From contig CALVCQ010000006.1 in the NCBI GenBank assembly GCA_944326115.1, positions 5,292 through 69,291 of the forward strand: 64,000 nucleotides of DNA. The letters are read 5' to 3'. Below, piece after piece: positions 8,331-18,269 of this stretch. Origin of the DNA: Candidatus Gastranaerophilales bacterium. GTDB taxonomy: Bacteria; Cyanobacteriota; Vampirovibrionia; Gastranaerophilales; Gastranaerophilaceae. The position numbers and the translations under genes are program-made. The notes below the pieces were generated by a model, which was not told the origin of the DNA, made no database searches, and worked only from the letters and a program-made list of their open reading frames with translations. Each line of letters starts with the position of its first letter. Positions within the stretch are counted from its first letter, which is position 1.

Positions 8331-9748
8331 TACATCCTGTTCTTTTTTTCATACGGGCGGTAAATTTTGTCTGTTAACTCAGACTGTGGTCTGTGGCTTT
8401 CTGATTCAAGGTATTCTTGCAGTCTTTTTGTTCTTTCTTTTTTTGCTTTTTGAACATCAAGCTTTGATGTGTCTATGACAATTTTCCCTTCTGATTCCAA
8501 GCCCAGAGGCTCTTTTATATCATTGGGCCATGAGTCGTATTCTGCCAGAATACCTCTATTGATGAAATCTATGATTTCATCAATTTGTCTTTGAGTGTTT
8601 TTTGGCATATCAGGATTCTTTTTTACACTGTATAAGTAACTTTCTGTTTTTCTGTTGTGATTGCACTTCCCGCACAGGTTTAAATAATTCTTTTTATTGT
8701 TAGCGCCTTCGTCATATTTTCTATGTTCAGGTTTTACGTGGTCATTTGTATTTCTTATTCTTTCAACAAGAATCTTTGGAATTGCATTTGGATTTTTTCT
8801 GGAATATTTTACCATAAACGCATTGACATCATTTTTTGAATCAGGCAGATTTTCTAATCTTTCCATTATTAATTTCGTAATTTCTTTATCCAGTGGTGAA
8901 CCGTCTGCTATATCTTTAAATGCCTCCTCAAATTTTTCTATGACACGTGTGCGTTTATGTATTATATCAGTACTTTCAGTATTAAAAATTCTGAATGATT
9001 CCTCAAGTGCAATTGATGCTTTTTGTGCAAATTCAGGACTTAGTTGCTGAATTAGCGGAGGAACTTTTTTTAGTTTACTATTTTGTTTTTTTTGTAATTT
9101 TTGCAGATAAAATTCTTTTATTTTGGGTTTATTAAGTATATTATACAGTGTTTCTGACGGATAGTTCTTTGATAACAATTTTAAATCCTGAAAAATTGCA
9201 TTTTCAGTCTGTTGGAAATCAGGATTTAGCTTTTCTATTTCATTTATAATATATTGAGAACTGTGGCTCACTCTTTTGCATCTGTTCTTTATTTCTTCTA
9301 ATGCAATTAACTGTTCTTGATTTGTTCTTTTTATATATTCCTGTACTTTAGGTGTATTAATGAGTTCTTCTATGTTTAAATCCGTATTTTTTGCAGCTTC
9401 TCTTTTGAGAAAATTATAAACTTTTTGTAATGGGATAGGCTGATCCTTAATTTGAAAATTTTGTTCGTAAGTGATTTTTTTAAGAGCTATGTTTGCGGGG
9501 AAATATATTTTTTTATTAATAAATTCATTTACTGTATTATTTTTTAACATTAATTTACCGCAGCAGGCACAATGCAGATCCAGTTCTCTTGTGTCATAAA
9601 TAAAAGGAGTATGCTCTTTTTTATTTAGTTTTTTGAAAGATACTGTATCATAAGGATAAGTCTTTATTAGCAAATTCCCTGTTAAAGGTGTATTGCAGAC
9701 ATTTTGATTTATATATGGAGTAAAAATTCTTATGGGTGTAATTTTCAT
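8327..9748 (-). CDS. hypothetical protein with C-terminal HNH-like nuclease motif
   Basis: 473-aa ORF. NTNDHVKPEHRKYDEGANNKKNYLNLCGKCNHNRK matches the DH..P ... N.LNLC..CN..K HNH pattern. A CACCG cysteine pair lies near the N-terminus. VSFKK motif at aa 36-40. Confidence 0.6.
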   Translation of the reverse strand: MKITPIRIFTPYINQNVCNTPLTGNLLIKTYPYDTVSFKKLNKKEHTPFIYDTRELDLHCACCGKLMLKNNTVNEFINKKIYFPANIALKKITYEQNFQIKDQPIPLQKVYNFLKREAAKNTDLNIEELINTPKVQEYIKRTNQEQLIALEEIKNRCKRVSHSSQYIINEIEKLNPDFQQTENAIFQDLKLLSKNYPSETLYNILNKPKIKEFYLQKLQKKQNSKLKKVPPLIQQLSPEFAQKASIALEESFRIFNTESTDIIHKRTRVIEKFEEAFKDIADGSPLDKEITKLIMERLENLPDSKNDVNAFMVKYSRKNPNAIPKILVERIRNTNDHVKPEHRKYDEGANNKKNYLNLCGKCNHNRKTESYLYSVKKNPDMPKNTQRQIDEIIDFINRGILAEYDSWPNDIKEPLGLESEGKIVIDTSKLDVQKAKKERTKRLQEYLESESHRPQSELTDKIYRPYEKKNRMY

Positions 9749-9838
9749 ATTATTTTAATATTTGTAATAAAAATTTTTTGTTATTATGTAAGATTTGTTT
9801 ACAAAAAAGGATGCAAAGAATAGCATCCTTTTTGTAAT

Positions 9839-10843
9839 TTATGATATATCCCATCTGCCGCATGTACCGCCCCATCTTGCAATAATATTTCCTTTGATGT
9901 CTTTTATTTCTTTGGGGTGGACTTCAGGAATATCCCCTTCAACAATTGTAATGACTTCACAATTGTTAGAGCAGCCGTTGCACTGATTTGTTATGGAATT
10001 AAAATGCATGTTTCCGACTTCCCATCCTTTAAATTTTGTAGGGTTTTCGGTGTACTGGTGATTTTCCATTGCAAGAAGAGCTGCGCCTATTGCACCCATT
10101 GTCTGGTGATTATCAGGAACAACTATTTCTGTTCCGAGTGCTTCTTCAAACGCTTTTACCATGCCTGAGTTTGTTGCAACACCGCCCTGAAATGACACTG
10201 TCGGCAAAAGCTCTTTACCCAGAGCAAGATTACTCAGGTAATTTCTTACAAGCGCCTGACATAAACCGTACAATAAATCTTCCACAGGATATCCGAGCTG
10301 CTGTTTATGTATCAAATCACTTTCTGCAAATACACCGCATCTGCCGGCGATACGTGCAGGATTAGTTGATTTTAGAGCTGTTTCGCCAAACTGAGCAATA
10401 GGCACATTTAATCTGTTTGCCTGCTGATCAAGAAAACTGCCCGTACCTGCTGCGCATACAGTATTCATAGCAAAATCTGTAACAATTCCGTCTCTTAATA
10501 TAATAATTTTGCTGTCCTGTCCGCCGATTTCCAGGATAGTTTGAACTCCCGGAACATAAGTACTGGCTGCAACAGCGTGGGCGGTAATTTCGTTTTTTAT
10601 AACATCCGCACCGACTAGTGCACCTGCAAGATTTCTTCCGCTGCCTGTTGTACCGACTCCCTGTATATTATATTCACATAAAGCTTGCTTTAAAAGTTCA
10701 CGCATTCCTTCTTGAACAGCAAGAACAGGTTTGCCTGCTGTTCTCAGCATATAACTGTCAACATATTTGCCTGTTTCATCCACAAGCGCAAGCTTTGTGG
10801 TAACAGAGCCGACATCAATCCCTAAATATACATTTAATGACAT
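9839..10843 (-). CDS. BadF/BadG/BcrA/BcrD-type ATPase (CoA-enzyme activase-like) with Cys-rich C-terminus
   Basis: LGIDVGSVTTKLALVDE and GVGTTGSGR are actin-fold ATPase motifs. C-terminal CNGCSNNCEV ... GGTCGRWD. Start moved to the ATG at 10843, which has a GAGG Shine-Dalgarno upstream; the track start is 10894. Confidence 0.75.
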   Translation of the reverse strand: MSLNVYLGIDVGSVTTKLALVDETGKYVDSYMLRTAGKPVLAVQEGMRELLKQALCEYNIQGVGTTGSGRNLAGALVGADVIKNEITAHAVAASTYVPGVQTILEIGGQDSKIIILRDGIVTDFAMNTVCAAGTGSFLDQQANRLNVPIAQFGETALKSTNPARIAGRCGVFAESDLIHKQQLGYPVEDLLYGLCQALVRNYLSNLALGKELLPTVSFQGGVATNSGMVKAFEEALGTEIVVPDNHQTMGAIGAALLAMENHQYTENPTKFKGWEVGNMHFNSITNQCNGCSNNCEVITIVEGDIPEVHPKEIKDIKGNIIARWGGTCGRWDIS

Positions 10844-10948
10844 ATTAACCTCACTCTTTTTTTTTATATTAAATAAAAAATATCGTAAGTTCAAACTTTA
10901 TTTTTGATATAATGGTTTTATGATATTCTCTTAAACAAAGGAGTTTGT

Positions 10949-11542
10949 ATGGATTTTTCACAAGGAGTTTTGTTTGATCCCGGATACTCAAAATATACTT
11001 TGCCGTTTTCTTCAAATATAGATGCCGCATATAATATGCTTTTTTCAATAAAAGCTCCGCACCAGCGGAAGTTTAAGTTTCAGCTGCTGTACCCTCAGCT
11101 TTTAAAGCTTCTTGAACAGAATGTCGCTTTTTATCTCGGCTGTCTTTTGTGGGCTTCTTTTATTTCTTACAATTTTAAAGATAATCCCAAAAGTATTCTG
11201 GAAAATTCCTATCTGGACAAAACAGTTAATGAAAAAGAAATGTTTTTTGAAATAAATTATGCAATAAGTTATCTTGAAAAACTAAAAAAAGACTGTAAAT
11301 ATTATCTTGGTAAAAATTGCAATATTCCGGAAAATTGGCAAAAAATTTTGTCTGCATATAAAAAATTTTTGGAAATAAATAGTTTTTTTGTACATGCAAA
11401 AACAACAGCTGATATAAAACTTCCGGAAGAATTAAAATACCCGCAACAGGATGACTTGAATTGTATTATTAAAACAATTGAATCAGCTATAAATACGGGT
11501 AACTTACCGGTATTGTTTAATGCAGAAAAATATATTTTCTAG
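10949..11542 (+). CDS. hypothetical protein
   Basis: 197-aa ORF with a GGAG-like site upstream. No recognisable motif. Convergent with the HExxH protein gene. Confidence 0.55.
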   Translation: MDFSQGVLFDPGYSKYTLPFSSNIDAAYNMLFSIKAPHQRKFKFQLLYPQLLKLLEQNVAFYLGCLLWASFISYNFKDNPKSILENSYLDKTVNEKEMFFEINYAISYLEKLKKDCKYYLGKNCNIPENWQKILSAYKKFLEINSFFVHAKTTADIKLPEELKYPQQDDLNCIIKTIESAINTGNLPVLFNAEKYIF

Positions 11543-11545
11543 TTA

Positions 11546-12436
11546 TTATTTAAAATTTTTCATATTAATATACATTGCAGAAAATTCAAAAGCTTCTTTT
11601 TCTAATGCATTTTGCGTATATGCCGGTGAAGTTACCGGCGGATAATTCTGTATTGCATTTAACAGTATTAATGATTTTTTGTAGACCGGAGATTGTTTGT
11701 TATATTTTATAATTCTTGGAATATTTTTCCACGGCGAATTATTATAAACATTCTCAATTATCGCATTCAGCTGCCTTTCTTCAACTTCATTGACAGGTTC
11801 TTTATGAAACCATGCTCTTATAATCATCCTGTCATCAATACCTTCGGTTTCTCTGAGTATTTGGTGCTGTTTTGCATGCACACATTCGTGTGCGATTTTA
11901 TGTAAAATAAATTTCTTTTGTTCCTTTGTTGTTACTTCTTCTGCAATAAGTTTGTCAAAACCTAAACTGCCGCTTTTATTTTTTGTTTCAACAAACTGTT
12001 TTGCAATGTCTTTATTTACAAACAGAGGAAGTTTTTCTGACGGTGATACCAGCGGGTATTTTTTGCCGTTTTTTATTCCTATGATTTTGTAGTCAGATGT
12101 TATTAAATCATAAAGATTCATATCAATAGAGTTCTTGCTGAAAGAATAGCCCCCGCCTTTAACAGAATTTTCATCATAGACAAAGTTCAATTTCGGATTT
12201 GTCGTTATTTCAAAATCCTTTTTCATTTCATTATAATATTTGTCAATTTCATTATTTGGAAACAACTGTGAAAATTTTGTTTTAATCTGCAATTCCCGAG
12301 ACTGCTCTGATACAAAAGTATCTTTTTCAATGCCTTGAAACGTAATACTTTTTTTAGCAGAAGTATCTGTTTTGGGTATATTAACAGGTTTTATATTATT
12401 CAGTCCAATTCGCATATACATATAAAACAAGAACAA
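11546..12436 (-). CDS. hypothetical protein with HExxH zinc-metallopeptidase motif
   Basis: 296-aa ORF with KIAHECVHAKQH (HExxH). ITFQG motif at aa 31-35. Start uncertain: TTG at 12436, or ATG at 12421 or 12415. Confidence 0.6.
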   Translation of the reverse strand: MFLFYMYMRIGLNNIKPVNIPKTDTSAKKSITFQGIEKDTFVSEQSRELQIKTKFSQLFPNNEIDKYYNEMKKDFEITTNPKLNFVYDENSVKGGGYSFSKNSIDMNLYDLITSDYKIIGIKNGKKYPLVSPSEKLPLFVNKDIAKQFVETKNKSGSLGFDKLIAEEVTTKEQKKFILHKIAHECVHAKQHQILRETEGIDDRMIIRAWFHKEPVNEVEERQLNAIIENVYNNSPWKNIPRIIKYNKQSPVYKKSLILLNAIQNYPPVTSPAYTQNALEKEAFEFSAMYINMKNFK

Positions 12437-12516
12437 TATTTTTTTTGCTAACAGAAATACTAAATTTTACAAATATTCAAAGACGTAGTCATCACCATTT
12501 GGCTATATGAAGATAT

Positions 12517-13584
12517 CTAGTATGTGTTAAACGCCTGTCTTATGGATTTTTCATAAGGCGGGTACAGTACACCTTTTTCTGTAATAATACCTTTTATCAG
12601 ACCGGCAGGCGTTACATCAAATCCGGGATTGATTACATTTATGTTTTCAGCGCAAATCCTTTTGCCGTTTATATGGGTAACTTCTTCACGGCTTCTTTCT
12701 TCAATTGGAATTTCTGTGCCTGTTTCAATTGCTATATCAATTGTAGATAATGGAGCAGCTATATAAAAAGGTACTTTGTGGTAATTTGCAACAATTGCAA
12801 GATTATATGTTCCGATTTTGTTTGCTGTATCTCCGTTAGCTGCTATTCTGTCGGCACCGACAACCACCATGTCAATCATGCCTTTGTTCATAAAATACCC
12901 GCTCATGCCATCAGTAATAAGGGTAACAGGTATTCCGTCCATAGCAAGTTCAAAGGTGGTAATTCTTGCACCCTGCTGGCGAGGTCTTGTTTCGTCAGCA
13001 AAAACCTGAATTGTTTTGTCATTTGCAAAAGCGGAACGGACAACCCCGAGCGCAGTTCCGTAGCCTACTGTTGCAAGGGCTCCGGCATTACAGTGAGTCA
13101 GAATTGTTGCCCCTTTTTTGGGTACAAGAGCTGCACCGTGATCACCTATCTTTTTATTTATTTCAATATCTTCATTTTCCAGTTTTATGCCGTGCTCAAT
13201 AAGCATTTGAACCATTTCATTTACATTTTTTGTACAATTTTTTATGTAATCATACTGCTTATCAACTGCCCACATAAGATTTACGGCTGTTGGTCTAGAA
13301 CTTTTTAAAAATTCAGCTTTTTCTTTTAATTGTTCAAGAAATACAAGAGGGTCTTGTGTTTTTTTAGCTATTTCTAACGCAGCCAATGCCATGCCATGTG
13401 CTCCTGCAATACCGATAGCGGGAGCACCTCTGACAATCATTGTTTTTATTGCATTATACATATCACCAGAAGTAGTTATATCAACAAGTTTGTATTCATA
13501 AGGAATTACCAGCTGGTCGACCATCCTTGAAACATTTTTGTCTTTTATCCATTCAATAGTTTTTATTTTTGATTTAAAGTCCAT
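12517..13584 (-). CDS. mtnA: S-methyl-5-thioribose-1-phosphate isomerase
   Basis: 355-aa ORF with RGAPAIGIAGAHGMALAA, ETRPRQQGARIT and GADRIAANGDTANKIGTY, typical of the MtnA/eIF-2B family. Confidence 0.85.
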   Translation of the reverse strand: MDFKSKIKTIEWIKDKNVSRMVDQLVIPYEYKLVDITTSGDMYNAIKTMIVRGAPAIGIAGAHGMALAALEIAKKTQDPLVFLEQLKEKAEFLKSSRPTAVNLMWAVDKQYDYIKNCTKNVNEMVQMLIEHGIKLENEDIEINKKIGDHGAALVPKKGATILTHCNAGALATVGYGTALGVVRSAFANDKTIQVFADETRPRQQGARITTFELAMDGIPVTLITDGMSGYFMNKGMIDMVVVGADRIAANGDTANKIGTYNLAIVANYHKVPFYIAAPLSTIDIAIETGTEIPIEERSREEVTHINGKRICAENINVINPGFDVTPAGLIKGIITEKGVLYPPYEKSIRQAFNTY

Positions 13585-13587
13585 TTT

Positions 13588-14064
13588 TTATTCCTGTATA
13601 TCTATGTTCGTTTTTGATTCATCAGGCTTTTGTTCAATTTGATTGTATATATAAATCGTAACAAGACCTGAAAAAGCATTCATTAAAGCTGCAAGAATTG
13701 CAACAAAAAATACCATCATAATTAAAACAAAGAAACCGGAACGAAACAACAAACTTACCCCGAGATAAAACGAACCTTTATAAATAAAACCGATTATCGT
13801 TGCCAGCGGAACGAACGAGACTGAAAAAGCGATGAAAGAAACAAATCCTATAATTGCACCGTACAATGCGCCCTGTCTTATATCAAGAATACCAATCATA
13901 TCAAGTTTTTTCATATAAATAAGTATTGCAGGTGCTGCAAGTACAATAAGAGCAAAAAATGAAAAATTACATATAAAAGGAATAATTGTTAATATGCCCA
14001 GTACCAACCCCATTACTCCGGATAGCATTGCCATTTGTTTTAATAAAATCTGTTTTATTTCCAT
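13588..14064 (-). CDS. multi-pass membrane protein, function unknown
   Basis: 158-aa ORF made almost entirely of hydrophobic helices. Tightly packed between ruvC and mtnA. Confidence 0.6.
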   Translation of the reverse strand: MEIKQILLKQMAMLSGVMGLVLGILTIIPFICNFSFFALIVLAAPAILIYMKKLDMIGILDIRQGALYGAIIGFVSFIAFSVSFVPLATIIGFIYKGSFYLGVSLLFRSGFFVLIMMVFFVAILAALMNAFSGLVTIYIYNQIEQKPDESKTNIDIQE

Positions 14065-14079
14065 AAGTACCTCTATTTT

Positions 14080-14580
14080 TTATATTGCGTATCTTGTCAA
14101 ATTACATTCACAGTTTCTGGCATGACATACTGCAATTGCTATTGAATCAACCGTATCGTCCAGTTTTGGCCAGTTTTTGCCATTTTTATTTACCATTTTT
14201 TCTACTGCTGCTGCTACTTCGGATTTTTCAGCTCTGCCGTATCCTGTTATTGTTTGTTTTACCACAATAGGCGTATATTCAACAGCGTCTATAGAATACT
14301 TTTCAAGAGTCATCATAATTACGCCTCGGGCTTGTGCAACCGGTATAATCGTTTTCTGGTTTTTAAAAAAGTATAACTTTTCCACGCCGGCGGATTCAGG
14401 TTTGTATCTCTTTATAATTTCATCCAGATCAGAACAAATTTCAAGCAACCGACCCGCTTCGGTTTTATTCTTATCTGTTTGAATAGAACCTGATGAGACA
14501 AGTGTATATACCCCGTCAACAGCATCTATAATGCTGTATCCGACTATTGCTATTCCGGGATCTATTCCAAGTATTCTCAT
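14080..14580 (-). CDS. ruvC: crossover junction endodeoxyribonuclease RuvC
   Basis: 166-aa ORF. MRILGIDPGIAIVGYSII is the RuvC N-terminal catalytic Asp context. C-terminal DDTVDSIAIAVCHA matches the RuvC DA.A.A..H motif. Confidence 0.9.
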   Translation of the reverse strand: MRILGIDPGIAIVGYSIIDAVDGVYTLVSSGSIQTDKNKTEAGRLLEICSDLDEIIKRYKPESAGVEKLYFFKNQKTIIPVAQARGVIMMTLEKYSIDAVEYTPIVVKQTITGYGRAEKSEVAAAVEKMVNKNGKNWPKLDDTVDSIAIAVCHARNCECNLTRYAI

Positions 14581-14708
14581 AAATACAATTATAAATTACA
14601 TATTTTTAAAGACAAACTCTTAACATTAATACAACTAGCCTGACAGAGGTATTAAATCAGCAGCAAAACAGTATTAGCATTTTCTTAGAAACACAAGGAG
14701 AAAAAATA

Positions 14709-15722
14709 ATGGACAAAATTATATATTTTGATGTACAGGAGGATGAACGTGAATTTTTAAAATTACATAATGAAGGCAAGTATGATTACTATCTTGAAAG
14801 CAGTTCTTTGACCGGACTTTTACAGGTCCCTGATGAATATAAAGATGCAAGAATAATTTCTGTCTTTACTACTTCAAGAGTGGGGAAAGAAGTCCTAGAA
14901 CAGTTTCCTGAATTGGAACTCATTGCTCTTCGCTCTGTAGGATTCAATCATATAGATTTGGATTACTGTAATGAACATAATATAGTGGTAGAAAACACAC
15001 CGAATTACGGAAATAAAAGTGTTGCAGAGTTTGCAATGGCATTACTTCTTGATGTTTGCAGGAAAATTACCCGTGCATATTTAGAATATAAGGAAATCGA
15101 TATTGATACCAAAAATTTTACCGGTCAGGAACTTGGCGGTAAAACAATAGGAATCGTCGGTCTGGGTGCAATAGGCACGGAATTTGCAAAATTGTCTTAT
15201 GCTTTTGATATGAACATTCTTGGCTGTGATATCCGGCAGAAACAGAATTTAATTGAAGATTACAGAGTAAAATATACGGATTTTGATACTCTTTTAAAAA
15301 ATTCTGATTTTATATCAATACATGCGCCCTTAACAAAAGATAATTATCATATTTTTAACGAATCTGCATTTAAAAAAATGAAAAATACAGCTATACTGAT
15401 AAATACAGCAAGAGGCGAGCATATAGAAACACAGGCATTGTATAATGCAATAGTAAATAAGGAAATTGCAGGTGCAGGACTTGATGTTTTGGAAAGCGAG
15501 GAGACAATAACGGATGCCGATTACCTTGTGGATATAAACAGATTAACTGAAGGAACATTAAGACAGACCATACTTAACACCCGTTTACAGCAGCTGCCGA
15601 ATGTAATAATAACCCCTCATATTGCATACAATACAAAAGAAGCAATAAACAGAATACTTGATACTGTGATGTCTAATATCAATTCATTTGTTGAGGGTGT
15701 TGTTGATAATAATGTAAATTGA
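14709..15722 (+). CDS. D-isomer-specific 2-hydroxyacid dehydrogenase family protein
   Basis: 337-aa ORF with NAD-binding GIVGLGAIGTEFA, plus NTARGEHI, LDVLESEE and TPHIAYNT. Confidence 0.8.
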   Translation: MDKIIYFDVQEDEREFLKLHNEGKYDYYLESSSLTGLLQVPDEYKDARIISVFTTSRVGKEVLEQFPELELIALRSVGFNHIDLDYCNEHNIVVENTPNYGNKSVAEFAMALLLDVCRKITRAYLEYKEIDIDTKNFTGQELGGKTIGIVGLGAIGTEFAKLSYAFDMNILGCDIRQKQNLIEDYRVKYTDFDTLLKNSDFISIHAPLTKDNYHIFNESAFKKMKNTAILINTARGEHIETQALYNAIVNKEIAGAGLDVLESEETITDADYLVDINRLTEGTLRQTILNTRLQQLPNVIITPHIAYNTKEAINRILDTVMSNINSFVEGVVDNNVN

Positions 15723-15861
15723 TTTTTGCGCAGTCTCGTTTTGGATTTAGTAAGTGTCAAATTTAGCCTGTTTAGCTTATTTTAACAATACAAAAATTGA
15801 TTATCTTGTGTGTTTGTTATAAATTTATAATACGTAATTATTTAAGTATAGGTATTGTAAA

Positions 15862-17649
15862 ATGAAAACATTTTCACATATGAAATCACACTATAATGAA
15901 GATTTAACAATTGCAGATATAGATAAAGAGGTTACGCTAGCCGGATGGGTATCAGCTGTAAGAGATTTAGGCGGAATCATATTTGTTGAATTGAGGGACA
16001 AAACAGGCTTTTTCCAAGTTGTTGCTGATCCTCAAATAAACCCTGTTGTCCACGATGTATTTTCAAAATTAAAAGATGAGTATGTTATTCAGGTAAAAGG
16101 CAAAATAACAAAAAGACCTCCTGAAACATACAATCCTGATTTAAAAACAGGCGAAATAGAAATGTACCCTGATGAAGTAAAAGTTTTGTCAGAAGCAAAA
16201 CTTTTACCTTTTGAACTTGCTTCTGATGATACAAAAGAAGATCTCCGATTAAAATACAGATATCTTGATATAAGACGTCCGCAAATGGCTAATAACCTTA
16301 AACTAAGACATAAGATAGTTACAGCTATACGAAACTTTTTTAACAATGCAGGTTTTACGGAAGTAGAAACACCAATTTTGATAAATACAACACCCGAGGG
16401 AGCAAGAGATTATCTTGTGCCCAGCCGTGTTCAGGAAGGCAAGTTCTATGCTCTGCCGCAGTCACCTCAAATATTTAAGCAGCTTTTGATGGTCGGCGGG
16501 ATTGAAAAATATTACCAGATTGCAAAATGCTTTCGTGATGAAGACTTAAGAGCTGACAGACAGCCCGAGTTTACACAGGTGGATTTAGAAATGTCTTTTG
16601 CTACAGAAGATGATGTTATTGAGTTAACTGAAGGCTTGATTGTTGACGCATTTAAAGCTGCGGACGTTGATGTAAAGCCTCCGTTTACAAGAATCACATG
16701 GCAGGAGGCAATGGACAGATTCGGTTCTGATAAGCCGGATGCTCGTTTTGGACTGGAATTGTTTGATATTTCAGATATTATGCTGGAATCTGCTTTTGAA
16801 CCTGTTAAAGAAACCTTGAAAAACGGCGGTATAGCAAAAGCAATAAAGATTCCTGGTATAGCGGGATATTCAAGGAAAGAAATGGATGATATTCGTTCTA
16901 CGGCAATTTCTTTCGGTGCAAAAGGTATCGCCTGGATTACTTATATGGAGGACGGAACTGTTAAGTCTCCTATATTGAAATTTTTAACAGAAGACCAGAT
17001 AGAAAAATTAAAAGTTAAAGCGGATGCAAAACCCGGTGATATTGTATTTTTTGTTGCTGACGACAAGAAAACCACATACGATGTAATGGGCAGATTCAGA
17101 CTGTTCTTTGGTGAAAAATTAGGTCTCATTGACGAAAACAAGCACTCTCTGCTGTGGGTAGTTGATTTTCCTATGTTTGAATACAGCAAAGAGTTTGACA
17201 GAGTTATGGCAATGCACCATCCGTTTACATCACCAAATCTTGATGATGTTGATAAAATGAAAACAGAACCTCTCAATGTTCGTTCCGTTGCTTACGATAT
17301 TGTATATAACGGAACAGAACTGGGCGGCGGTTCTGTAAGAATTCATTCACCGGAGGTACAAAGAAAAGTTTTTGATGCACTCGGTCTAACAGAAGAAGAG
17401 GTTCAACAAAAATTCGGCTTTATGATACAGGCATTTCAATACGGAACTCCGCCGCATGCCGGATTGGCAATAGGATTGGACAGACTTGTTGCTTTATTAA
17501 CACACAACACTTCAATAAGAGAAGTTATAGCATTTCCTAAAAATTCAGCAGCAAAATGTCTTATGACAAATGCTCCGACTTATGCCTCAGAAGAGCAGTT
17601 GATGGAATTACATTTGAAATCAACAGTAAAACACGAAACAAAAATGTAA
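15862..17649 (+). CDS. aspS: aspartate--tRNA ligase
   Basis: 595-aa ORF with OB-fold N-terminus (VRDLGGIIFVELRD), class II motifs FRDEDLRADRQPEFTQVDLEMSF and GGGSVRIH, and C-terminal GLAIGLDRL. Confidence 0.95.
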   Translation: MKTFSHMKSHYNEDLTIADIDKEVTLAGWVSAVRDLGGIIFVELRDKTGFFQVVADPQINPVVHDVFSKLKDEYVIQVKGKITKRPPETYNPDLKTGEIEMYPDEVKVLSEAKLLPFELASDDTKEDLRLKYRYLDIRRPQMANNLKLRHKIVTAIRNFFNNAGFTEVETPILINTTPEGARDYLVPSRVQEGKFYALPQSPQIFKQLLMVGGIEKYYQIAKCFRDEDLRADRQPEFTQVDLEMSFATEDDVIELTEGLIVDAFKAADVDVKPPFTRITWQEAMDRFGSDKPDARFGLELFDISDIMLESAFEPVKETLKNGGIAKAIKIPGIAGYSRKEMDDIRSTAISFGAKGIAWITYMEDGTVKSPILKFLTEDQIEKLKVKADAKPGDIVFFVADDKKTTYDVMGRFRLFFGEKLGLIDENKHSLLWVVDFPMFEYSKEFDRVMAMHHPFTSPNLDDVDKMKTEPLNVRSVAYDIVYNGTELGGGSVRIHSPEVQRKVFDALGLTEEEVQQKFGFMIQAFQYGTPPHAGLAIGLDRLVALLTHNTSIREVIAFPKNSAAKCLMTNAPTYASEEQLMELHLKSTVKHETKM

Positions 17650-17724
17650 CTTTTCTGTCTTTTAAATGTGCGACAAAGACTGATTCTGCTTGAATAAATA
17701 AGCTGTATAAGATAAACTTCTTTT

Positions 17725-18264
17725 ATGGAAAGATTTGAAGAAAAGACAATATCCTCAAAAAAAGTCTATAAAGGACGAATTTTTGACATTACAAATGATG
17801 AAATAATTCTTTCTGACGGGAAGCAGGTATATAAAAGGCATAGAGAAATTATTCATCACCCGGGCGGAGTTGTAATTTTCGCACAAAAAGATAACGGCAA
17901 TGTATTACTTGTTAAGCAATATCGTTATGCTGTAAAATCTGTTCAGATCGAACTGCCGGCAGGACGTTTGGAAAATGGAGAAGACCCTCTTTTTGCCGCA
18001 CAAAGAGAATTGAGAGAAGAAACAGGATATATTGCCAAAAATTGGGAGTCTTTGGGGTATATCTTTACAACATTTGGCATTTGTGATGAAAAACTTTATC
18101 TTTTCAAAGCAAACGGTCTGATTTTTGACAAGCCCGACCCTGATGAAGGTGAGGTGCTTGATTATTTTGAACTTCCGTTAAGTGATGTGCACAATCTTGT
18201 AAAAAATGGTACAATTAATGACGCTAAGACGATATGTGCATTTATGCGTGCTATTGAACAATAG
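17725..18264 (+). CDS. NUDIX hydrolase (ADP-ribose pyrophosphatase-like)
   Basis: 179-aa ORF with Nudix box GRLENGEDPLFAAQRELREETGY. Confidence 0.85.
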   Translation: MERFEEKTISSKKVYKGRIFDITNDEIILSDGKQVYKRHREIIHHPGGVVIFAQKDNGNVLLVKQYRYAVKSVQIELPAGRLENGEDPLFAAQRELREETGYIAKNWESLGYIFTTFGICDEKLYLFKANGLIFDKPDPDEGEVLDYFELPLSDVHNLVKNGTINDAKTICAFMRAIEQ

Positions 18265-18269
18265 TAAGT

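Noticed and set aside
12778-13308. 176-aa plus-strand ORF, together with 12818-13009 and 12966-13202
   Set aside because: These are antisense shadow ORFs inside the well-supported mtnA gene, with low-complexity Cys/Phe-rich translations.
15723-15861. T-box or other leader upstream of aspS
   Set aside because: The 139-nt spacer is AT-rich. It has no specifier or T-box sequence (no AGGGUGGNACCGCG-like element) and no terminator/antiterminator pair.
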